Shown in pieces: positions 38,430 through 51,004 of a stretch of DNA of 64,000 nt. This DNA comes from Octopus bimaculoides (taxonomy: Eukaryota): contig NC_069000.1 of the NCBI RefSeq assembly GCF_001194135.2, positions 21,902,997 through 21,966,996 of the forward strand. The letters are read 5' to 3'. The position numbers and the translations under genes were made by a program. The notes under the pieces are model-generated. The model was given only the letters and a program-made list of their open reading frames with translations, was not told where the DNA came from and searched no databases. The stretch's first letter is position 1. Each line of letters starts with the position of its first letter.

Positions 38430-38790
38430 GCTGGCAACAAACGGATTCTCTCACTGAATGAAGGCCAGATTGAATAACGCTTGTGTATGAAGTGTGATGT
38501 TGCACGGTGGCGAAACATGGGCACTGAACGCTGTGGATGTGTGAAGATTGGAAGGAAGGAAAAGAAATTATGCAAGTATGCTGCACTGGATGTGCAGTGT
38601 CGATGTGCATGAATGACAGAGCACAAATGAGCTGAAAGAAAAACAGGGTATAAGAGGAGTTAGATGTAATATGCAGGAGAGAAGACTGCACCGATATGGG
38701 AATATAACACATATAAAGGATGACAGTTGGGTAATAACTTATGAAATTTGAAAGACTGAGGAAGATTTGGGAAGAAGTGTGGGTATGCAT
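38430..38790 (+). mobile_element. RTE C-terminal fragment
   Basis: NACV*SVMLHGGETWALNA...SMLHWMCSV...KEKQGIRGVRCNMQERRLH. Confidence 0.85.
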
Positions 38791-38864
38791 TATATGTTAA
38801 TTAGCTAACATTCACATGCATGCATGTGCTTCTCAGCCACGTGGTGGGCAAGAAGTGTTTTCCA

Positions 38865-39240
38865 CTATAGCCCCAGGCCAACCAAAGCCTTGTGAGTGGA
38901 TGTGGTAGATGGAAATTGAAAGGAGCCCATTCTGTGCATATGGATGTACATATCTATATCTATACGCATACGTGTTCATGTGGTTGTGTTTGTTTCCCAC
39001 CACTGCTTGACAACCGGTGTTGGTTTGTTTATGTTTACATAACTTATCAGTTACACAAAAGACACACAGCTATACATATGCATGTGTGCACATATGCGCG
39101 CGCACACACACACATACACTTCTTCCTATTTCTGTCTAGCAAATTCAGGCTTTAGTAGAAGGTGCCACACAGTGGGACTGAACCTGGAACCAGGTGGTTG
39201 GGAAGTAAAACTTCTTACCACACAACCACACCTGTGCCTG
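38865..39240. mobile_element. Two family B SINE fragments in opposite orientation
   Basis: Plus fragment 38865-39065; minus head 39130-39240. Confidence 0.75.
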
Positions 39241-39709
39241 TAGAATAAAGAATGTTTTACTATTAACTATAGCTGTATAATACAAAAGCAGAGAGTTTGT
39301 AGTAGCTTGCAAAAACTGTCCTTGCTATTCAGATAAAATTGTCTATTGGCAAACAAAATTGATTGAACGTGTGTATTGGTTCAAAATTTATTATGAAAAT
39401 AACACAACATTATTATTAATTTAACTATCATGACTAACAGTAATCCAAGACAAATGAAGTTTCGTACGAGAACATATATTTTTATGACTTGTATTCATTG
39501 TGAGCATTGAATGAATTACATGTCTATTTCTATATGTGTACACACACACACACACACACATGCATGCATACATACACAGGTATGGCTCTGTGATTAATAA
39601 ATTAACTTCACAACTACATAGTTACAGATTTAATCCCATCATGCTAGAAGTTGGGTGAGTATCTTCTATGATGATATGAATACATAGATACACACATGCA
39701 CATATTTTT

Positions 39710-40040
39710 TTTTCTACTTGTTTCAGCCATGCTGTAGCACTGCTTTGAAGAAGTTTTAGTTGAATGGATTTATTCTGTCGGTCTCTTTATGCTGAACCAC
39801 TAAGTTATGGGGACACTGGTTGTCAAGTAGTGGTGGGAGGACAAACAGAGACACACTCACACACATTTATATGATGGGCTTCTTTCAGTTTCCATCTACC
39901 AAATCCACTCACAAGGCTTCGGTTGGCCCAAGGCTATAGTAGAAGACTCTTGCCCAAGGTGCCATGCAGTGGGACTGAACCTGAAACCATGTGGTTGGGA
40001 AACAAACTTCTTACCACACAGCCACAGCTATGCCTATAAA
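39710..40040 (-). mobile_element. Family B SINE
   Basis: Head, hinge and 3' module. Confidence 0.85.
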
Positions 40041-40051
40041 GCCATGCCTGC

Positions 40052-40171
<120 letters not shown>

Positions 40172-40785
40172 AATAAAAATGAGCTAAAACTAGCCAGTAG
40201 CATGTACTTGAACAAGAAAGATGGATAAAAATATATTAAATAACATACTAGATAAATTCTTGACTTAAGAATTTATCTTAAGAATTTATCTTGAAATTAT
40301 CTTCACTCCCAGAGAGGGTAGACTAATCATTTGGTAGTAAATGGCACCAATACCATATAAGAAAGTGATATAATCTAAAGCATGAGGAATTCTCTAATAA
40401 ATTTTGGAAGATTTTTCATTCTTGAAATCACCTGCTCTTCTGATTTGGAGTTGGCACAATGATGAAATTACCCTAACCTCTGTAGAAGTGGAGGTAATTT
40501 TGATAAATCATGAACATATCTTGTGTAGGTGTGTATGTCTGTGTGTATATATTTATTCATAGACCACAGTGTGTGTGCATGTGTTTCTATGTTTATATGT
40601 GTATATGTAGATTAAAATGAAAAAGTAAATCATGGTATCACTCGAAAAAAAAAAAAAATTAGGTGGAGAATACAGACATATAGAGTCTTTTACAGCTGTT
40701 TCTTGAGTAACCAAGCTTGTGGATCATGATATTGATTACATTGTGTGTGTGAGTGTGTGTATTAATGCATGTATATGAATAAATA

Positions 40786-40826
<41 letters not shown>

Positions 40827-40867
40827 GGGTAAGGATACTGTGTACATATATGTGTATGTGTGCATGC

Positions 40868-40914
<47 letters not shown>

Positions 40915-40915
<1 letters not shown>

Positions 40916-41304
40916 TTTTACTTGTTTCAGTCATTTGACTGTGGCCATGCTGGAACACTGCCTTTTAGTCAAACACATTGACCCCCAGGACTTATTCTTT
41001 GTAAGCTTGATACTTATTTTATCAGACTCTTTTGCTGAACCACTAGGTTATGGGGACATAAACACACCAACATCAGTTGTCAAGCGATGGTGTGGGGGAC
41101 AGACACAGGTACAATGACATGCATAAATATATACATATATACAACAGGCTTCTTTCAGTTTCCTTCTACCAAATCCACTCACAAGGCTTTGGTCAGCCCA
41201 AAGCTATACTATAAGACACTTGCACAAGGTTCCACACGGTGGAACTGAACCTGCAATCATATCGTTGGGAGGTAAGCTTCTTACCACACAGCCACACTTG
41301 CGCC

Positions 41305-41305
<1 letters not shown>
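40915..41305 (-). mobile_element. Family B SINE, full length
   Basis: Head, hinge and 3' module. Confidence 0.88.
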
Positions 41306-41342
<37 letters not shown>

Positions 41343-41441
41343 NNNNNNNNNNNNNNNNNNNNNNNNNNNNNNNNNNNNNNNNNNNNNNNNNNNNNNNNNN
41401 NNNNNNNNNNNNNNNNNNNNNNNNNNNNNNNNNNNNNNNNN
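41343..41441. other. Assembly gap inside (TA)n
   Basis: N run. Confidence 1.
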
Positions 41442-41581
41442 NTATATATATATAAATATATATACATATATATATATATACATACATGCATACATATATA
41501 TATATATTGTATATACATACATATATATATATATGTATTGTATATATACATACATATATTTATGTACATATATCTTTCTAT

Positions 41582-41614
<33 letters not shown>

Positions 41615-41844
41615 TGTATTCGTTGGAATAAAATTTTCTTTTTTAACTATTAGCTTAACCAGTATATAAGAAGCAATGCAGATAAACTGTGAAATCCCGG
41701 AAACATTAAACATGGATTTAGAGACTTTATTATTTCAGACTAACTGCAGACAAGTGATAAGAAAGTATGAAAAATTTGTCATCAAAAAACAAAGCTGGAA
41801 CATTATCATGTCTTTAACGAAATATGTGTATGTGTATATATTGC

Positions 41845-41897
<53 letters not shown>

Positions 41898-41940
41898 GAT
41901 GTTTCGTTTGTGTAACTGTGTGTCTATATATATATATATC

Positions 41941-41972
<32 letters not shown>

Positions 41973-41989
41973 GATGTGTATAGATATAT

Positions 41990-42155
41990 AGGCACAGGTG
42001 TGGCTGTGTGGTAAGTAGCTTGCTTATCAACCACATGGTTCCAGATTCAGTCCCACTGCATGGCACCTTGGGCAAGTGTCTTCTACTATAACCTCATGCT
42101 GACCACTTGGGCCTTGTGAGTGGATTTGGTAGACAGAAACTGAAAGAAGCCCATC
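41990..42155 (+). mobile_element. Family B SINE head; hinge runs into the gap
   Basis: GGCACAGGTGTGGCTGTGTGGTAAG...GAAACTGAAAGAAGCCCATCG. Confidence 0.88.
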
Positions 42156-42184
42156 GAAAATATACATATATATATATATATATA

Positions 42185-42696
42185 NNNNNNNNNNNNNNNN
42201 NNNNNNNNNNNNNNNNNNNNNNNNNNNNNNNNNNNNNNNNNNNNNNNNNNNNNNNNNNNNNNNNNNNNNNNNNNNNNNNNNNNNNNNNNNNNNNNNNNNN
42301 NNNNNNNNNNNNNNNNNNNNNNNNNNNNNNNNNNNNNNNNNNNNNNNNNNNNNNNNNNNNNNNNNNNNNNNNNNNNNNNNNNNNNNNNNNNNNNNNNNNN
42401 NNNNNNNNNNNNNNNNNNNNNNNNNNNNNNNNNNNNNNNNNNNNNNNNNNNNNNNNNNNNNNNNNNNNNNNNNNNNNNNNNNNNNNNNNNNNNNNNNNNN
42501 NNNNNNNNNNNNNNNNNNNNNNNNNNNNNNNNNNNNNNNNNNNNNNNNNNNNNNNNNNNNNNNNNNNNNNNNNNNNNNNNNNNNNNNNNNNNNNNNNNNN
42601 NNNNNNNNNNNNNNNNNNNNNNNNNNNNNNNNNNNNNNNNNNNNNNNNNNNNNNNNNNNNNNNNNNNNNNNNNNNNNNNNNNNNNNNNNNNNNNNN
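42185..42696. other. Assembly gap inside (TA)n
   Basis: N run. Confidence 1.
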
Positions 42697-42908
42697 TATA
42701 TATATATATACACACGCACACACACACACACACACATATATTATTTACATTATTATATATTAATATAGGTTTAGGGTAAATCCCAGCTGTTTCCTCTTGA
42801 AGCACATCTGCTTATTCCATTCTTACAATCAATATGTATCCATTATTACTGTCGTATGTAAATCAAAGTACACATTAAAATTGAGGATTATGGAAATAAT
42901 CTTTGCAG

Positions 42909-42937
42909 ATTTGTTGAATAAACAAAATAGGAAAAGG
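42909..42937 (+). CDS. Candidate 29-nt microexon (x)LLNKQNRKR
   Basis: Acceptor CTTTGCAG, donor AGG/GTAAGT; single open frame. Confidence 0.2.
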
Positions 42938-43597
42938 GTAAGTTTTTGCTATTATTTATTCTCTATTACACATATTTCCTCTCCCAATAGGAATCACATA
43001 AATTTGCATGTTATATAGATATGTAAGGAATTTATTATTAGAGAAATTGTCAGATGAGAATTTTATATAAAATTATCTGTCTGTGGATTTCTCTAGGCTG
43101 ATCAAAGCCTTGTAATTGAATTTGGTAGGCAGAAGTTCCTGTCAAGTGTGTAAGTGCCTGTGCCTCCTAATAGAGAGGAGGGAAATTCCTTACATGTCTA
43201 TATAACATGTAAATCTTTGTGATTCCTATTAGAAAATGAAACATGTGTAATGGAGAATAAATGATACCAAAAAATTTCCATTTTCCTATTTTGTATATTT
43301 GTATGTATGTATGTACCATGTAATCCAATACAATCTATTGCATTGTGGAGCCTTTAGTAACTCAATTGACAACCTTGTCAAGCTTGCTTGGTGCAAAAGG
43401 TGGTTTTCATTGGACAATCTGCAGGATATAAAAGAAAATCTGTGAAAAAACAGATGAACTTAGTAGAATTAATGGCCCTGCCTCAGCTGCAAGCAGATGC
43501 ACCTCTAGTCTTTGCTTCAGGAGAAGGAAAACTCTTATGTAACACCTGTAACTTCATTTGCATTCAATGATGGAGATTAATTCTTATTGGGTAAGTG

Positions 43598-43925
43598 GTG
43601 CAGGTGTGGCTGTGTGGTAACAAGTTTGCTTCCTAATCACATGGTCCTGGATTCAGTTCTACTGCGTGGCACCTTGGGTGAGTGTCTTCTACTGTAGCCT
43701 TTTGAGTGGATTTGGTAGACAGAAAATGAAAGAAGCCTGTAATGTGTGTGTGTGCGTATAAGATGTCTGTTTTCGGCCCCCACTGCCACTACCACTTGAT
43801 AATCAGTGTTGGTGTGTTTATGTCCCTGTAACTTGGTAGTTTGTCAAAAGAGACTGATATATTAAGTACCAAACTCTCCGAGGTGGTATCCCATCACAGC
43901 TACATTCTAATGACTGAAATAAAAT
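43598..43925 (+). mobile_element. Family B SINE
   Basis: Head, short TG hinge, 3' module. Confidence 0.85.
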
Positions 43926-44482
43926 AAAGGTAAACGAAGTGGGAATGTTGTTTAGAGGAAGGAGAAAATTAGTGAAGCATGTGGAAAGGCAAGGAGAATG
44001 TGACAGAGGTGAGTGTAAAGCATATAAATAGAAAGGAGGAAAAGACAGAGAAAGAAAAGAAAAACTGCAAGTAAGTTCAGGCAGAGAAGTGAAGTGAGAG
44101 AAAATTAAGGGAAAATTGGTGAAAAATAAAAGAATAATGAAGGAAAATAATTACAATGAAACACTGATAAATATATAACAAATACAAGGCTAGTTAAAAG
44201 CCCAGGGAGGTACACAAATGATGCTAAGTCTGGGGAGACAGAATGTATCATGAGAAGCTGATAAATGAAAATTAGTAAGGTGATGCACTTGGAAAGGCAA
44301 CCAATGGATATGTAAGACTTTCAGGTGTTTATAGTGGAAAGGAGGGGAAATAAAAATATATTTGTGTATATGCTTTTATAAGTGTGTGTGTGTTGTATAT
44401 GTGTGTGTGTGTCTGTGTACCATATTTACATTCCATTTTAAAGGCAGGCAACTTAAGAAAATATTTATCTAAGATAACTTTT

Positions 44483-44528
<46 letters not shown>

Positions 44529-44799
44529 ATTTTGAATTTTCTTTTTTGGTTGAGTGTGCTGACCATTCTTTCCTTACCACAACCTTTTCTGACTTTAATG
44601 TCAAATCACTGCTCTATATATGTGTATATGCATATATGCCCATTTGTGTGTGTGTGAATTCTCCAGTTTATACTCCTGGTAACATGTAATCTAGTAAACC
44701 TGTACTCATGGCCTGTACTCATGTTCGTCAAAAATAGCTCACCACTAGGAATATTTAGCGCAATGAAATGCTACACATCAGTTACAGATAAAATGTTCA

Positions 44800-45420
44800 A
44801 CTCATAGACAATACTACTTCAGCAGTAAGCAAGAAATACAAAAACAGGAAAAGAAGATTATCTGGTTTAATCCACTTTTCAACATGCAAATCTCCAAACC
44901 AACTGCCAACTTGTTCTTCAAAATCTTTTAAAGACACTTCCTCTCTTATCTCATATATGATAAACTGATCAACAGATTCACGTTGAAAATATGAAAATAT
45001 TTTCTACATTTAGTAACTTTCCAAAAAAAAAAAAAAGCTATAGCAATTACAACCAATAAAAATTATCTAAATGTACAAACAAAAAGCATATACTTGACTG
45101 TACCACCTGCAATAGTAACATCTTTAATATTTATTCTATTCTCTAAACAGAGACTACCTCATTAGTAACATTTCATAGAGTAAAAGTACCCACCAATTCT
45201 CAACAGCCACATATATAAGTTTAAATGCTAACAAGTTCAAACTAAAATACGATCAACTCATGAACACATTTCATAACTCAAATAGGTAAAAGGATACTTC
45301 ACTTTCTAAAGATATATGGTTATTGAAATCCCAAAACATCCCACATGTCAATTGGAAAATATAGACATTTGCACAATCATACAAAGCAAACAACAAACCT
45401 CGCTATCTTTGTATACCTGA
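44800..45420 (+). mobile_element. Decayed Penelope-like element, region C-terminal to the RT
   Basis: KKIIWFNPLFNMQI...LINRFTLKI matches the PLE RKIIWFNPPF...IFNRxTxKISY motif; downstream boundary uncertain. Confidence 0.6.
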
Positions 45421-46175
45421 ATCCTATCAAATTTTCTTATTTAAAACTAAACTCCTGAACTTATAACTCAGAGTTAGAATCTTCCAGCAGATAAAATCTT
45501 AAAGACTTCTCCTTGCTCCTCTCTAAAATAACCCATATACAATAAGTAACCTCTGTACACTCCAACTTCCCTCATAATATCCATCTACGTTCACTATAAT
45601 CATCTACAAAAATTTTTTTACCTAACTTTTATTGAGACACTCAAATATGGGACAAATAATTCATATGTACATGCTTGTTTCTGGACTTATACACGTTTCT
45701 CCACATTGCCTTGAATATGCATAAATATGTTAATCCATCTAGCAGCTTATAATCATCTAGCTGTGCAAACATAGAAGTAAGTGGTTCCCATATATACTTG
45801 ATCACTATAAATATATATGTGTATGTGTTTGTTTGTATGTATGTGGCTGTGTGCATATATTTAAGTATAAGTGTTTATCTCTTTGGGGATAAATATATGT
45901 AAGTTCTTACTATCATTTGTATGGTTTGTGTGTGTGTGTGTGTGTGTGTGTATTTATATATTTTCTGTACTCATTAAAATTCAACTCGTGTCAGCAGAAA
46001 TCTTGTTTGAAAAGACTGAAATTATCCAAGTCCTACTTAATTTATCCCCACTCCTCAATGTGGTTGTAAGAAGACTTTAAAAATATCTTCGGATCTCAAC
46101 CAAACAGATGTCTGAGTCTGTAAACAGGTAATGGCTGGAACATAAAAAATGATATCGTCAAGAAATACATTAAAC

Positions 46176-46333
46176 TAGGTGTGGGTTTGTGGTAAGAAGC
46201 TTTCTTCCTAACCACATGGTTCTAGTTTCATTCCCATTGTGTGACACCTTGGGTAAGTGTCTTTGACTATAGCCTTGGGCCAATCAAAGCCTTGTGAGTG
46301 GATTTAGTAGATGGAGACTAAAAGAAGCCTGTC

Positions 46334-46388
<55 letters not shown>
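46176..46388 (+). mobile_element. Family B SINE 5' half, split by the Tc1 element
   Basis: Head and (TG)n(TA)n hinge immediately before the left TIR. Confidence 0.85.
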
Positions 46389-46393
<5 letters not shown>

Positions 46394-47653
46394 ATTGGAC
46401 AAAATAATGGAAACACCTAGCATCGTAGCTCCATAATTTTGAAATATCTATAAAACTGTCAAAAGCTTGTTTATTTTTATGTTTTTTGATTTATTATTAG
46501 TGTTGCTTGATATCTTTTGCTAAAATTGCTGTTTCCTTTCAGATATCATCAGAAAAAGGTAATTAAAATTCATTAAAGTGACAGATCTATTGGACTTTCA
46601 AAGAGGTCAAATTGTTGGTGCTCGTATGGCAGGCACTAGTGTAATGAAAACAGCTGAAATGTTTGGTGTATCAAGAAGTACTGTCTCAAAAGTAATGATA
46701 GCCTTTGAGAAAGGGAAAAAAACTTCCTTGTCGAAAGAAAACTCCAGAAGAAAGCCAAAACTTTCAGATAGGGACCGTCGGACTCTTACACAAATTGTTA
46801 GAAAGGATCACAAAAGTACAGCTCCCAAAATTACTGCAGAGCCTAATGACCACCTTGAGAACCCAGTTTCCACAAAAACTGTTCACCGAGAGCTGCACAA
46901 TGTCGGATTTGACAGGAGGACTGCAATCAGAAAACAACTACTTTCAAAAACAAACGTTGCAAAGCATTTAGAGTGGAGTAAAAACCTACAGAATTGGTTC
47001 CTAGAGCAGTGGAAGAATGTTATTTTCTCGGACGAGTCATCCTTTACCTTATTTCCGACCACCGGCCAAGTATACGTGTGGAGACAGCCAAAAGAAGCAT
47101 TTGACCCAGACTGCTTTCTTCCAGCTATTAAACATGGAGGAGGATCTGTGATGATCTGGGGGGCTATAACTTGGAAACCCGCTGGCCCAATGGTTTCCCT
47201 TCATGGCAGAATTAATAGTCAAGACTATTTAAGCATTTTATCTGATCAAATTCATCCAATGGTTAGGGAACTGTTTCCAGAGGGAAATGCAATCTTTCAG
47301 GACGATGATGTACCAATTCACACAGCTAAAGTTGTTAATGAATGGGACAAGGAACATTCTAGTGAAGTTGAACATCTTATCTGGCCACCACAATCCCCAA
47401 ATCTCAACATTATTGAACATTTATGGTGCATTTTAGAAAAACAAGTAAGGAGTTGATATCCTCCATGATTATTACTACAAGAACTGGAGAGTGTTTTAAC
47501 TGAAGAATGGACAAAAATACCTTTGGAAACAATTCAACGAGTCCATACATTGTAGAATTCAAGCTGTAATTACTGCCAAATGCGGTCCTGCCCCATATTA
47601 AAATTAATTTGTTTGAAATTTTAAGGTGTTTCCATTATTTTGTCCAACCCCTG
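46389..47653 (+). mobile_element. Tc1/mariner DNA transposon, DD36E (Incomer-type), near full length
   Basis: 30-bp TIRs 46389-46418 and 47624-47653 (CAGGGGTTGGACAAAATAATGGAAACACCT, 2 mismatches), TA flanks, 1265 bp. Confidence 0.95.
46578..47600 (+). pseudogene. Transposase pseudogene, DD36E
   Basis: 292-aa ORF with HTH, SDESSF, KHGGGSVMIWG, FQDD...SPNLNIIE (36 residues between D and E); GTG start, TGA at 47454 and later lesions before the native end GPAPY*. Confidence 0.92.
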
Positions 47654-47717
<64 letters not shown>

Positions 47718-47741
<24 letters not shown>

Positions 47742-47950
47742 TGTGTGTCTGTATTTGTCCCCCACTGCCACTTGACAACCAATGCTGGTGTGTTTTTATG
47801 TCCCTGTAATGGAGCAGTTTGGCAAAAGTGACTGACAGAATAAGTACCAGGCTTTAAAAAAATGTACTGGGTTTGATTCATTCAGCTAAAAATTCATCAA
47901 GGTGGTGCCCCAGCATGACTATAGTCTAAAGTCTGAAGCAATTAAAAGAT
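47718..47950 (+). mobile_element. Family B SINE 3' half
   Basis: TGTCCCCCACTGCCACTTGACAACC...CCCCAGCATGAC continues the SINE begun at 46176. Confidence 0.85.
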
Positions 47951-48289
47951 CTCTTCCTTGTTGATACTTCTAGCATTAACTGCTTCCAAATCAATTAATG
48001 AACTCCCACTATGTCATCTTAATGTAAGTTCATTCATCTGCTCTGTTATTGTGTTTATTTGTTCACAAGTATTATGACTATTTGATTATAGGTCAATCAT
48101 TATTTAATATGTATTGCATAATTGTTATGACAGTAACATTGCTCCCTTACAATATCTTTATGCATGTTACATGATTCATCACCCATGTTATTGAAACAAT
48201 TGTAAACCATGCACTAAATGTAATTCCAACTACTCCATCTTTTGTGTGTGCATGCACGCACATATGCATTTATGTATTATCATCTTACT

Positions 48290-48640
48290 CATCATCTTAA
48301 AGTCCACTTCTCTATGCTTGCATGGGTCAGATGGAATTCATTGTGGCCAATTTTCTACAGCCAGATGCCCTTGCTGTCACCAGCCTGCAGTTTCCAAGCA
48401 AGGTAATATTTCCCTATGGCTGGGAATACTTTCTTGGAAGATTATAAAGGAACAACACTGTATTGAGGTGACACTCATTTACAACTATCATGTAATATCA
48501 AGACATTGAGGTGCTAACATCCCACCTCATACATGCACAGGTATACACATATATTGTATGTATATATAAGTATATATGAAGGTATGACAAGCTCCTTCCA
48601 GTTGCCTTCTACCAAATTCCCTCACAAGTCTTTAGTCAGC
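48290..48640 (-). mobile_element. SINE: B head fragment, hinge, RTE-tail module
   Basis: Third example of this layout. Confidence 0.6.
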
Positions 48641-48917
48641 CCCCACCCCACACCTACATAAATCCGTCTCAATGCATTACAAAACAGAGCCATTGTTTGA
48701 AGAAATGGCTCATTGACTGCAAACCTGGAATGTCTAAGTGAAGTTACTAAGTAGTGTTTTCACTTACGTTACTGGGGGATATGCAAATAAATATGCCTGG
48801 TCAGTTCTTCACTTGAAAGGGAGTGGCAACCATCAGTTATATCAACATAAAAGAGACTGATACAATATCAGCAATTCATGAGGGAAATGGGCACTGATGG
48901 ATTTTTCTTTTTTTCAG

Positions 48918-49023
48918 TGATTCTTTTAAAGGCATGCAAGAAAGCTTTGGCTGGTAAAACCTCTGCAGATACTTTTCCAGAGCGTCCTTGCATGTGGCAA
49001 ACAGTCCAAACAGTTGAAAGACG
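48918..49023 (+). CDS. Candidate internal exon, product unknown
   Basis: Acceptor TTTTTCTTTTTTTCAG, donor CG/GTATGA; phase 1 to 2 frame (x)ILLKACKKALAGKTSADTFPERPCMWQTVQTVER. Confidence 0.28.
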
Positions 49024-49059
49024 GTATGATATATTCTGTTCAAGAAGGAGGAAGCAGAA

Positions 49060-49590
49060 CATCATCATTATTTAACACCCACTTTCCATGCTGACATGGG
49101 TTGGGTGGTTTGCCTGGAACTGGTCAGCTGCCGAGCTGCCCAGGTTCCAATTGTTTGTTTTGGCATGGCTTCTATGGTTGGATGCTCTTCCTAACATCAA
49201 CCATTTTACACAGTGTTCTGGGTGCTTTTATGTGATACTGGCATGGGTGCTTTTATGTGGCACCAGTACAGACATGCTTATGTACCACTGGCACAAGTGC
49301 TTTTTATGTGACACCAGCACCTGTGAATTCTCAAGAGAAGGATCTCTCAGCTGAGAGAGATATGTAGAGGACATGCATGTTTGTATGGATGGCCACATTT
49401 TCACTTAACTTGATGTGTCTTCTCAAGCACAACAAATTGCCAGAAGTCTCAGTCCCTGTGAGAGCCAATATCTGAAGATACTTTCTCACTACTTCATATC
49501 ACATCTTCCTGGGCCTACCCCTTCCAAGGTTCCCTCCACAATTAAAGATCAGCACTTCTTTATGCAGCTGTCCTCATCTATATGCAAAGC
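49060..49590 (-). mobile_element. RTE 3' end with ORF C-terminus
   Basis: DEDSCIKKC...VEGTLGRGRPRK plus the tail. Confidence 0.85.
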
Positions 49591-49619
49591 AGTTGCAGGC
49601 AACAGTGCTCTCTCTTCTC

Positions 49620-49860
49620 AGGCATTAATCCTAAGCAGAGGCCCTCAGGGATCTGTGACCACTATTGTTTTACTGGCTCTCTCAGACATACCCTTAGTCA
49701 TACAGCCAGCCACTCTTTCCAGCTACATTGATGATATTAAAGTATCACATGCTGTTAAGGACCCTAACAATACCCCAAAACTGCTGAAAGATCTAAACAC
49801 AGTATACAAGTGGCCTGAAGAAAACAACATACAGTTCCGTGCTTAAAAATTTCAAACATT
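49620..49860 (+). mobile_element. L2/CR1-like RT fragment
   Basis: GPQGSV...LSSYIDDIKVSHAVKDP...LLKDLNTVYKWPEENNIQF (YADD region). Confidence 0.8.
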
Positions 49861-50199
49861 CCGCTGCAGGATAGGTGTAGTGTATACAAGGGGTGATATT
49901 CAAAGCTGAAGAATTACAGATAGGAGATTTGATACGTTTTGTCTCTATGTAACTCCTATCCTGTAATGAAACATGTTTAACATGGAATTTAAAATATACT
50001 GACTTTTCCCAGCCTTCTGTCTTGATAGGAAAGATGGAAGCAAAAATTCTATATGGTGTATCTAATACAAATTATGGACTCACAAGACATGTAGAAAAAG
50101 TAGGCTTTGTATGTGGCAATTGTACTGGAGCCTGGAGATTCCATTGAGGTAGTAGATAGTTTCAATTAATTAACAATGGAGGAGGGTACTCTGAATGTA

Positions 50200-50475
50200 T
50201 AGTTGCACAAATAAGAATAGAATGAAGAAAGTTTAGAGAGCTATTGCCTCTGTTGGTAACAGAAGTTCTTTCCCTGATAGTGAAAGGCAGTTTATACAGT
50301 GCCTGTGTATGAACAACAATGCTACAAGGTAGTGAGATGTGGACCTTGAATACAGATTACATGCAAAATTAGAAATGAATGAAGCTAGTATGCTCCTGGA
50401 TGTGCAACATCAATGTCCATGCACAACAAAGTGTAGATGTATTGAGTGAAAAACAGCATAAGAGGCATCAATTGT
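50200..50475 (+). mobile_element. RTE C-terminal fragment
   Basis: KFRELLPLLVT...VKGSLYSACV*TTMLQGSEMW...MNEASML. Confidence 0.85.
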
Positions 50476-50596
50476 AGTCCTCCTTTTTTCTGTATTTTCC
50501 TTTAGTTTTAGCTCTTAATTAACCTGTCCCACTTCAGTCTTGTTCATGTCTGTATATCTGCCCATCTTCATTTATACATATATATATATATATATA

Positions 50597-50643
50597 NNNN
50601 NNNNNNNNNNNNNNNNNNNNNNNNNNNNNNNNNNNNNNNNNNN
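50597..50643. other. Assembly gap inside (TA)n
   Basis: N run. Confidence 1.
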
Positions 50644-50680
50644 ATATATATATTCCTTTCTTATTAAGTCTCAGTTCACT

Positions 50681-50785
50681 TTCTCTCTGAAGATGGAATA
50701 GGATGGTAGAAAAAGATTGGATGGAAGCAATATGCTATGAACTGCACCAATTAAACAACTATTCTTGAAACAGCTGTCAGGAGAA
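50681..50785 (+). ncRNA. Type-I hammerhead ribozyme motif with extended stem II
   Basis: UUCUCU-CUGAAGA-UGGAAUAG...CUAUUCUU-GAAA-CAGCUG-UC-AGGAGAA; GUC site after 50778. Confidence 0.6.
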
Positions 50786-51004
50786 TCTGCATGTTTTTTT
50801 TTTCTACTCTTTGACTTACAAGGTTTTTAGCTGTGATAACTTTTTCCGATCAAACCATGTCGTATCTATACTACTTACTCACTTGTTGCCTCTTCCTGGA
50901 GTCTATCTGTTTACATCACAACTATTAAGAGTTTCCCATAGTGGAACTTTTACTGACCTCCTGAAGTTTACTCTTTTATGCATTTGTTTTTTTCTAAATA
51001 AATA

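Noticed and set aside
42780-42830. GAAACAGCTG on the minus strand as another hammerhead
   Set aside because: It is followed by GG rather than UH, the core reads CAGAUGU, and there are no stems
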